44,801 bases of DNA. Origin: Parcubacteria group bacterium GW2011_GWA2_51_10 (GTDB lineage: Bacteria > Patescibacteriota > Minisyncoccia > Phycocordibacterales > UBA2100). The notes beneath the pieces are model-generated. The model was not told the origin of the DNA, searched no databases, and saw nothing but the letters and a program-made list of their open reading frames with translations. The first letter of the stretch is position 1. Each line of letters opens with the position of its first letter. The DNA is taken from NCBI GenBank assembly GCA_001004265.1, contig LCQS01000006.1, positions 1 through 44,801 on the forward strand, given 5' to 3'. A program made the position numbers and the translations under genes. This document shows, piece by piece, positions 38,080 through 44,801 of the stretch.

Positions 38080-39749
38080 GATGTTTCACTTTTGATAACA
38101 AATCCTACTTCTCTCGCCTCCGACGACTGTTCTGGATCGGAGTAGGCCGCTAGTTGAATTGGCACTGAGCCGTGTACCTCTACCTTGCCACGGACAAAAG
38201 CGACCTTTTGAAGGTAGTCCAGGAGCAGCTGCCTTTTCGTATCGAAATCAGCGCATTTTTCTAGTCGGGTTCGTGCGGCGTCGCAGTATTTCTCGATGCT
38301 CGTATCAACCACACTCCTTTTGTGAAGAGCTGGCACCATCGATAATAGCTTGTTTCTTTCTGTCTTGACTCCGTCAATTTTTTGGTCATACTCGTGGCAC
38401 TTTCTCCCGTAGTTATCGCGGTTGAGTTGTCCCTTAGCATACTGTTCGAGAATGTCTTTCTTCTCGAGCATGAGTTGTGAAATCTTTTGCTCGATTGTTT
38501 TCAGTTCGTTCTCAGCTTCTTGTCTAACTGAGCCCCGATTCTCTTTATACCCAATGATATAGTCCTTGAGTTTATTCTTATTGGTCATGACTTCTTCCAC
38601 TATCGAGAACACGGACGCCTCAAGTAGATGCGTATAAATTTGCGGATTTGAACAACGAGTCATCTCCGTTTTTTTGGAATGGATGATCTGACGGATTCTC
38701 CGAGCGCAAATGTATGACTCGCGATGGTATATAAGCCCGTTCTTTACGAGCTTCTTTTCTTTGTTATAGCTATAACCACGAACAAATCGTTTGTGAGCTG
38801 TGCAGGAACTGCCGCACTCCCCGCATCTTAGAAGGTTGGAAAGGAGTCTGATTTGAGGCGGGTTACGGTATTTCTGCCGGTTGCTTTCGAATCGCTCCTG
38901 CGTCTTGGCGAATAGTTCCGGCGATATGATTGCGGGAACTTTGACGGGCAGCCACTCCGATTTATCCTTGAACACTTCCTTGCCGTATTTCACTTTGCGA
39001 AACGGTTTAGATGGCTCTTTAACCATTGTCCGAGTATTGAAGTATTTAATACCCATGTACGAATGATTTTTGAGGATACCCTCGAGCGTTTTCCATTGCC
39101 ACATGTACCGCCCAGTTTTCGTTGGTATCCGATTGTCCTCTAGATATCGGATGATCTTTGACTTACTCGCTCCGTCGTTGGCGTACATCTTGAATATCAA
39201 TCTCACTACTTCTGCCTCCTTTTCATTAATGATCAGGCGTCCGGCCTGGAGACCTTTTGGGATATACGTATAGCCGAGCGCCCTAAGTCCATTGCTGACG
39301 AGCGATCCTTGTCGAATCTTGTGCATGCGGCCACGCGAATAGCGTTCGATGATTTTCGCCCGCTCTAGCTCGGACACTGCACCAAGCACTGTGAGCGTGA
39401 ATTTGTTTTCTGGATTTTCAACGTAATCTCGACCGTTAATGATCACTTGCTTGTTCTGCTTCAAAATCTCGCCAACGATAATTGTCTGGTAGGTGACCTC
39501 TCGGGCAATGCGATCAGTGTTATGGAAATAGACTGCATCGAACAGATCGGTTTTCACGTCCTGACGCAATTGATTTAATCCAGGCCTGTCCAGTTTCGCG
39601 CCGCTATAGCCGTTGTCGAGATACTCTTTAACGAGGATGTCTCCCGCAGACGCCACCTGCTTCCTGAGCGCAGCGATTTGACTCTCGATCGTACCGTCTT
39701 TCTCCTGTTTCTTGGAGCTCACTCGTGCGTATATGACCGCTTTTTTCAT
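38073..39749 (-). CDS. Large serine recombinase (resolvase + recombinase + Zn ribbon + coiled coil)
   Basis: AVIYARVSSKKQ, DNGYSGAKLDRPGL, DRIAR, ELERAKI.ER..RG, VPAIIS.ELF, LLRCGECG motifs. Confidence 0.93.
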   Translation of the reverse strand: MKKAVIYARVSSKKQEKDGTIESQIAALRKQVASAGDILVKEYLDNGYSGAKLDRPGLNQLRQDVKTDLFDAVYFHNTDRIAREVTYQTIIVGEILKQNKQVIINGRDYVENPENKFTLTVLGAVSELERAKIIERYSRGRMHKIRQGSLVSNGLRALGYTYIPKGLQAGRLIINEKEAEVVRLIFKMYANDGASKSKIIRYLEDNRIPTKTGRYMWQWKTLEGILKNHSYMGIKYFNTRTMVKEPSKPFRKVKYGKEVFKDKSEWLPVKVPAIISPELFAKTQERFESNRQKYRNPPQIRLLSNLLRCGECGSSCTAHKRFVRGYSYNKEKKLVKNGLIYHRESYICARRIRQIIHSKKTEMTRCSNPQIYTHLLEASVFSIVEEVMTNKNKLKDYIIGYKENRGSVRQEAENELKTIEQKISQLMLEKKDILEQYAKGQLNRDNYGRKCHEYDQKIDGVKTERNKLLSMVPALHKRSVVDTSIEKYCDAARTRLEKCADFDTKRQLLLDYLQKVAFVRGKVEVHGSVPIQLAAYSDPEQSSEAREVGFVIKSETSH

Positions 39750-41452
39750 ACGATTTCTTTCGCCACTTCAAGGTAGGTGCTTTTGGATATAGGCGACCCT
39801 AGGATCGATCTGTCCTCAAAATCGAATTCTCGCAATCTTAAGGCTGCTTCACTTGCACTCAGGTTCTGCCTTATTGTGAAGCTTACTTCTACGTGCTCCT
39901 GCACACCTTCTACAACGAGATTTATCGGTAACGATCCGTGGAATGATATATGCACTGCCGCTGCATGGCTCTTGTCGTATTCGACCCGTTTTACAAATTC
40001 CAGATAGAACTCCCGCCATGAAGTCGAATCGGTGCAGTTCTCGTACTGGTTCTGTATTTTCGAGCAGTATGCCTCTACACATCGCCCTACCAACTTTGGA
40101 TCTTCAAAGAGCGGTAATTGGCGTAGAAGCGATTTCTTCTCAGTTTGCAGAATGTCCATCTGATCATTGAATCGGGTCATTCGTTTGTAGTACTCTTCTT
40201 GCTCCAGACCACTACCGGCATATAAATCGACGATACGGCCCTTTTGGTTTTCCAAGTCTCGCATCTTTTGCGTGACTTCGATTATCTGCTTTTCTATCTT
40301 TTTGCTCCCGGTCACTTTCCGCTTAAAGAAATCGAGATGTTTTATCAGCTCGGTCGGTTTAAATACCGTCTCCGTAAGAATCTCCCGTACGCATGACTCC
40401 AAAAGTCTTATATCGATTTGCGGATTGTGATTTTCGCCATGCGTATTGCATTGGAAGTAGTGGCGTTTGTAATACGTCTCGCCTTTGAGGCGTTTTACAG
40501 CATAGAATTTGCGGAAGCTCGGACAGCGACGCTTGCATTTGGCACAGAATATGAGATTTGAGAGCGGCTGGGTGCCGCGAGCATTTCGGTAGCATTCGCG
40601 ATTATACTTGAGCCGCTCCCGCACTTTCTCGAAAAGTTCCTTTGAGACGATGGCTGGGACCGGAACACCGATCCATTCCGACCTTTCTCTTTCGATTGTT
40701 GCTCGTTTACCGTCGTTATTTTTTCGATCCGTCAATCTATTGAAGTACCTTGTGCCTGAATAGGTCGGATTGTTGAGGATGTACCGGACTCGGCACACCT
40801 CCATGTCTATCGTCTCGCCTTTAACGCCGAACTCTCTCAAGTGTCTGGCGATTTCAGTCGCACTGGTGTTTCCGCGCACGTATGCCTCGAAGATAAATCG
40901 TACGAATTTTGCATTCACCTCGTCAATTTCGAGTTTTGGGGATGACTCAACAGTTCTTGGATAATAGATGTAGCCGAACAGCTTTCCGCCAACTAGTTGG
41001 CCTTGTTGCAGTTTATGCATGCGCCCTCGCTGATTGCGCTCCATGATCTTTGCTCGTTCCAGTTCCGCAACGGCTCCGAGTATCGTCAGCTCGAACTTGT
41101 TCTCAGGACTATTCATGTAGTCCTTCCCGTTAATGATGACCTGTTTGCGGTATATGAGAAACTCGGTAATTACGATATTGAGGTGCATCGCGTCGCGCGA
41201 GATGCGGTCGATGTTGAGTGCGTAGATGACATCGTAGATGCCTTTCTTCAGATCCTGTCGCAGTTCGTTCATGCCCGGGCGATCCAACGTGGCACCGCTA
41301 TGACCTTCGTCGACATACTCCTTCGCAAGCACGTCACCAGCCGCCTTAATTTGCCGATGTAGCTCCGCAACCTGGCTCTGTATAGTTCCTTCCTTCTTCT
41401 GCATATCCGAGCTTACTCGGGCGTATATGGCCGCTCTTTTCATACACGTCAA
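39746..41452 (-). CDS. Large serine recombinase, paralog 2
   Basis: AAIYARVSSDMQ, DEGHSGATLDRPGM, DRISR, ELERAKIMERNQRG, VPAIVS.ELF, IFCAKC motifs; ATGA overlap with paralog 1. Start may be the ATG at 41443. Confidence 0.93.
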   Translation of the reverse strand: MTCMKRAAIYARVSSDMQKKEGTIQSQVAELHRQIKAAGDVLAKEYVDEGHSGATLDRPGMNELRQDLKKGIYDVIYALNIDRISRDAMHLNIVITEFLIYRKQVIINGKDYMNSPENKFELTILGAVAELERAKIMERNQRGRMHKLQQGQLVGGKLFGYIYYPRTVESSPKLEIDEVNAKFVRFIFEAYVRGNTSATEIARHLREFGVKGETIDMEVCRVRYILNNPTYSGTRYFNRLTDRKNNDGKRATIERERSEWIGVPVPAIVSKELFEKVRERLKYNRECYRNARGTQPLSNLIFCAKCKRRCPSFRKFYAVKRLKGETYYKRHYFQCNTHGENHNPQIDIRLLESCVREILTETVFKPTELIKHLDFFKRKVTGSKKIEKQIIEVTQKMRDLENQKGRIVDLYAGSGLEQEEYYKRMTRFNDQMDILQTEKKSLLRQLPLFEDPKLVGRCVEAYCSKIQNQYENCTDSTSWREFYLEFVKRVEYDKSHAAAVHISFHGSLPINLVVEGVQEHVEVSFTIRQNLSASEAALRLREFDFEDRSILGSPISKSTYLEVAKEIV

Positions 41453-41497
41453 GGGATGACGCAGATCATCCTAGGAGTCCAGAGCGTCCCAAGTGGC

Positions 41498-42091
41498 TCA
41501 AGTTGGCAACTTCGGTTCCTCTCGGTCCTCTCCGAACTCCTCCATGCGCTTCCTATCCGGCGCATCGCGTTCGGCGTCCTCGAGCTCTTTTTCGATCTGC
41601 TCCCTCAACTCGTCGACCGTGAGGTCCGGAAGGAGCCGCGGCGCAATCTTCTTCGCCATCGAGTTCGCTATCATCTTATTGACCACGCCGATCGACCGAT
41701 TCATCTCCTCCAGACTAGGGTGCTCAGTCGCCACCTCGTATTCGTGGATGACGCGCGTGGTGACCGCGTATTTCGGATGATTGTGCTTCAACCAAAAGAT
41801 AATGGCCGTCAGATTATCATCCTGGATCATCCGCATGAGCCGCGACTCGGCCATGTCGTTGATAAGGAACTGACCGGCCTTAAGCGCCCGCTCGGCGGCG
41901 CGCGCGAATATCTTGTCCCTCGCGCGCCACTGGTAGTACGTCGAGCGACCGACCCCCGTGCGCTCGCAGGCGAGTTGTACGATCGGCGTCCGACGGAGCT
42001 GTGCGACGAGAGCCCTCTTCTGATCTTCGGTTTTCGCCGCCAGAGCTTTCAATCGCTTCTCCTCTTTCGTGAGCGGTTTCTTTCGCGCCAT
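41498..42091 (-). CDS. HTH protein resembling phage small terminase (phBC6A51-like)
   Basis: P.VQLACERTGVGRSTYYQWR..D..F...D.AES.L...I...N.TAIIFWLK pattern. Confidence 0.7.
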   Translation of the reverse strand: MARKKPLTKEEKRLKALAAKTEDQKRALVAQLRRTPIVQLACERTGVGRSTYYQWRARDKIFARAAERALKAGQFLINDMAESRLMRMIQDDNLTAIIFWLKHNHPKYAVTTRVIHEYEVATEHPSLEEMNRSIGVVNKMIANSMAKKIAPRLLPDLTVDELREQIEKELEDAERDAPDRKRMEEFGEDREEPKLPT

Positions 42092-42099
42092 ACGAGGAT

Positions 42100-43431
42100 T
42101 CAGTTAATCTTCTTCGCGGTCTTGCCGGTGTGCTTCTCCCAGCGGTTCTTGATGACCTCGGTGTAGACGGGAGATTTCTCCATGATGCGGCAATTGCGTC
42201 CGAGCTTCAGCGACGCGATGAGGGTGCTCCCCGAGCCGCCGAACGGCTCCAGAATCAAGTCGCCGCGCTTCGTGAGCACCTTGATGTACGGAATCAGAAG
42301 CTCCAGCGGCTTGGTGCCGAAGATGATGCCCTGGCCGCTCGATTTCTCGTCGGCCGCGATGTGCTCGATGAAATCGGTCGGCTGAATCTTCTTGCCTTTC
42401 TCGTAGCCCTCCCAATGCGGCTTACCGCTCGTCGCATAGAGCGCGTTCTCATATTCGTTCTGGAAGAGCACATTGTCCTCGGGCTTAAGATTGAGCGCAA
42501 TGTCGCCGTCCATGCCCACGAGCGCGATATCCTGCTTGTTGAAGAATTTGTACTTCGCGCTGAATCCCTGCACGCGGTTCGGGACGTGCCACGTAATCGT
42601 ATTGCGGTAGCGCCAATTCTTCTCTAGTTCGTTCCAAATGGTACGCAGGTTCTTCGGATGTTCGAAGACGATGACCGAGAAATCCACCTTCTGCACTTTT
42701 GCGACGTTCGCCATCCAGAGTTCGGTGAAATTGTCCGGCAACACATCGGTCTCCAGATACTTGCGGTCCTTCTTCAGGCCGAATCCCTCGGTCGGTTTCC
42801 CGTTCTTCGTTTTGCCGCGCAAGTAATCGAGGATGTAGGGCGGATCGGTGAAGCACATATCGGCCCGCGCGCCGTCCATGAGCTTCAGCATGTCGGATTG
42901 TATTGTTGAGTCGCCGCACATGAGGCGCGAACCGTCGATCTCGTACACATCGCCTTTCTGTACTTTGATTTCGTCGATCTTGAGCTTTGACAACTCTTTC
43001 TGCAGGTCGAATTTCTCCGGGATCGGGTCGATCTCGAAGATGGAGTCGAGTTCCTCGGTGCTGAAGCCGACATCGACGAGAAATTCCTCCCCGAAATCCT
43101 TCAGAAGGTCCAAATCGAATTCGCCGAGGTTCTTGTTCAGGCGGATATTCAGCTCCTTCTCTTTCTCGAGGTCGGTGATGTTCACGTAGACCACGGGCAT
43201 CTCCTTATACCCGAGGTCGGTCGCCACTTTCAGACGGAAGTGCCCGCCGATGACTATGTTCTTGCGCTCCGGAGAACCGTTGCACAGAATCGGGTCGACA
43301 AGACCGAAACGGGTAATGCTCTCGCGTAGCGCGTTCGTCTGCGCTTCGCTCCACTTACGCGGATTGTATTCCGACGCCTTCAGCTCGCTTACGGGAACCT
43401 GCACGATCTGCAGATTGTTATTTGTAGCCAT
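42100..43431 (-). CDS. ParB-like N-terminal domain fused to an N6/N4 DNA methyltransferase (beta class)
   Basis: LKASEYNPRK..LRESITRFGLVDPI..IGGHFRL (ParB/Srx); RLMCGDS, FTDPPY, TKP, EPFGGSGSTLIA motifs. Confidence 0.9.
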   Translation of the reverse strand: MATNNNLQIVQVPVSELKASEYNPRKWSEAQTNALRESITRFGLVDPILCNGSPERKNIVIGGHFRLKVATDLGYKEMPVVYVNITDLEKEKELNIRLNKNLGEFDLDLLKDFGEEFLVDVGFSTEELDSIFEIDPIPEKFDLQKELSKLKIDEIKVQKGDVYEIDGSRLMCGDSTIQSDMLKLMDGARADMCFTDPPYILDYLRGKTKNGKPTEGFGLKKDRKYLETDVLPDNFTELWMANVAKVQKVDFSVIVFEHPKNLRTIWNELEKNWRYRNTITWHVPNRVQGFSAKYKFFNKQDIALVGMDGDIALNLKPEDNVLFQNEYENALYATSGKPHWEGYEKGKKIQPTDFIEHIAADEKSSGQGIIFGTKPLELLIPYIKVLTKRGDLILEPFGGSGSTLIASLKLGRNCRIMEKSPVYTEVIKNRWEKHTGKTAKKIN

Positions 43432-43716
43432 ATTGATGCGATTACTATTAATCGCACCTCGTGGACGAACGGGTCGCAACGCAAAAAGGCCGCAAACCAA
43501 AACAGCAATTAATCTACTGTCTTAGTTCGTGGCCCTTGATCGAACTCTCATTTGGCCGAAGACCAGAGGGCGCAATCAGTTTTTCCCCAAACTCCTCGAG
43601 ACTCACTTTCTATCGGTTTTTCTTGGCATTGCCGCCGACATCGAGTGGACTCTTTTTCTCCTTTCAAGGTGCTCCATATAGCCTAGCAGATATCGAAGAC
43701 GGGTCAGAAAGAGAGC

Positions 43717-43761
43717 TGTGGATAACACCACGCCTGTCAATAGTGTCAATAGTGTAAATCG
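43717..43761. promoter_or_regulatory. Perfect DnaA box plus 9-bp tandem repeats
   Basis: TGTGGATAA (43717-43725), then TGTCAATAG TGTCAATAG TGTAAATCG (TTGACA twice on the minus strand). Confidence 0.4.
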
Positions 43762-43900
43762 GACGCTGTTGGCAACAAGGCTTCGCAAGACCCCGAATCT
43801 AAGGTAGGAATGGAGCCGTAGCAGATGGCTACAGTTCTTGTGTACAATTAGCAAATCGACCTAACCCTCGGAGCTCACGCTCCAAGATATGGTCGTAAAT

Positions 43901-44026
43901 CCTTCCCAGCTGAAAGCTCCTCGTCAAGAGCACCTGGGAAGGTCCCTCCGGGAAACTGGAGGTGGGTGGCTTCGGCCATCGCTTGGCGGGGAGTTTTTTG
44001 TTTCCCGCCACAAAACCTTCCCAGGT
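43901..44026. ncRNA. Highly structured non-coding segment (candidate cis-regulatory RNA, sRNA or ssDNA structure)
   Basis: 12-bp perfect helix ACCTGGGAAGGT/ACCTTCCCAGGT enclosing three hairpins, plus a competing CCTTCCCAG at 43901-43909. Confidence 0.5.
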
Positions 44027-44028
44027 AT

Positions 44029-44589
44029 ATGCAATCACAGCAGCCCCTCATCGGGGGCAACCTTGAGTTTCTTCAACCACACAAAGTTGATAGCGAACGA
44101 TTTTCGCTCTCTTCCGGCGAGCAGATTTCGATACAAAAATATTTCCTCACCTTCAATTCGTGGAGAGGCGCACCGATACCGAATACATACAACGGAAAAA
44201 CAGTGCTCGACTGGAACGGCGAGCCAGTGTTTGCGGAGCTCGCCGTTTTGCGTTTATTCCAATCGCACGGATGGAATGGCGTGTGGGTCGATTCGTATCG
44301 CAGAAAATTCAGGGTCGGTCTGCCCGATGTCGTTGAGCCAATAGAGCTTCCACAGAAACAAAGAGAACTGATTGATTCCATTCGCGCCAAGACAGGTCGA
44401 TCTGGTGGCTGTTGGGATGTGCTGGTCTGGCGTGAAAATGTGACGCTCTTTCTTGAACTCAAGCGTTCAAAGAAGGATAGGATTCAGAGCTCGCAGAACG
44501 GGTGGCTCACCGCCGCCATCGATTTAGGGCTCACCGCAAGCGATTTTGCTTTGGTGGAGTGGGACATGCCCGATGTAGCTACTGAATAA
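44029..44589 (+). CDS. VRR-NUC / PD-(D/E)XK nuclease
   Basis: GGCWDVLVW....FLELK..KDRI...Q..WL motif. Confidence 0.8.
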   Translation: MQSQQPLIGGNLEFLQPHKVDSERFSLSSGEQISIQKYFLTFNSWRGAPIPNTYNGKTVLDWNGEPVFAELAVLRLFQSHGWNGVWVDSYRRKFRVGLPDVVEPIELPQKQRELIDSIRAKTGRSGGCWDVLVWRENVTLFLELKRSKKDRIQSSQNGWLTAAIDLGLTASDFALVEWDMPDVATE

Positions 44590-44590
44590 C

Positions 44591-44801
44591 CTATACCAAT
44601 CCCTTCAGTATCGATGAAAACTTCACTCCAGCCAATTCAAGCATCGGTGCTGCACATGATTTGCAGTAATTTTTTGACCCTAGCCCATTTGCTTCCCGAA
44701 CGGAAAGAAAGCACTGTCCGGCCGTAATGTGATGCTTCCCGCGACTGTGGTGGCACTTCCGTTTCTTAATGGCTGTTTCCACCGACAAGTGAAGTAGTAC
44801 A
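44591..44801 (-). CDS. Small Cys/His-rich putative zinc-binding protein (may start beyond the window)
   Basis: RKCHH...C...NYCKSCA; converges tail-to-tail with the nuclease. Confidence 0.55.
   Translation of the reverse strand, partial: VLLHLSVETAIKKRKCHHSRGKHHITAGQCFLSVREANGLGSKNYCKSCAAPMLELAGVKFSSILKGLV

Larger units (their letters stand above)
38073..43431 (-). mobile_element. Integrative-element core module (boundaries not determined)
   Basis: Co-oriented ParB-MTase, TerS-like HTH and two serine recombinases; no att sites identified. Confidence 0.65.

Noticed and set aside
43905-43960. Hammerhead ribozyme
   Set aside because: CTGAAAG does not match CUGAnGA, and the GAAA is a hairpin loop rather than a core junction.

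Overview
This window looks like a Patescibacteria/CPR chromosome segment (Parcubacteria-like; inferred from the intron-containing divergent 16S and the gene content), standard genetic code. From left to right: (1) the 3' part of a 16S rRNA gene carrying a group I intron with a LAGLIDADG homing endonuclease; it lacks the anti-Shine-Dalgarno sequence, is not followed by 23S, and has an apparent ~125-nt deletion. (2) A duplicated 'hairpin - variable ORF - speD 3' end' unit bracketing a hicBA toxin-antitoxin pair. (3) speD, tRNA-Ile, murA, purN, purT and tRNA-Leu, the last followed by a decayed serine-recombinase island. (4) A cobalamin-riboswitch-led cluster on the minus strand: a DUF4430 protein, a large surface DUF4430 + alpha/alpha-barrel 'permuted transcobalamin-like' protein, a solitary ECF S-component-like protein and a CofE/CT611-like gamma-glutamyl ligase. 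(5) murD, murC, arsR-like, rsmI, cell-wall and surface genes (including an L,D-transpeptidase/D,D-carboxypeptidase fusion) and a glycosyltransferase cluster. (6) A giant signal-peptide-bearing SpvB/FG-GAP/RHS toxin with two homologous ~400-aa inserted modules, plus a candidate immunity gene. (7) A mobile module (ParB-DNA methyltransferase, TerS-like HTH, two tandem large serine recombinases) next to a highly structured non-coding segment and a VRR-NUC nuclease. The best candidates for undescribed biology are the B12-capture cluster, the decorated RHS shell and the recombinase module with its switch-like structured region. Three short deletions may be assembly artefacts. All family assignments come from motif recognition by eye, not database searches.
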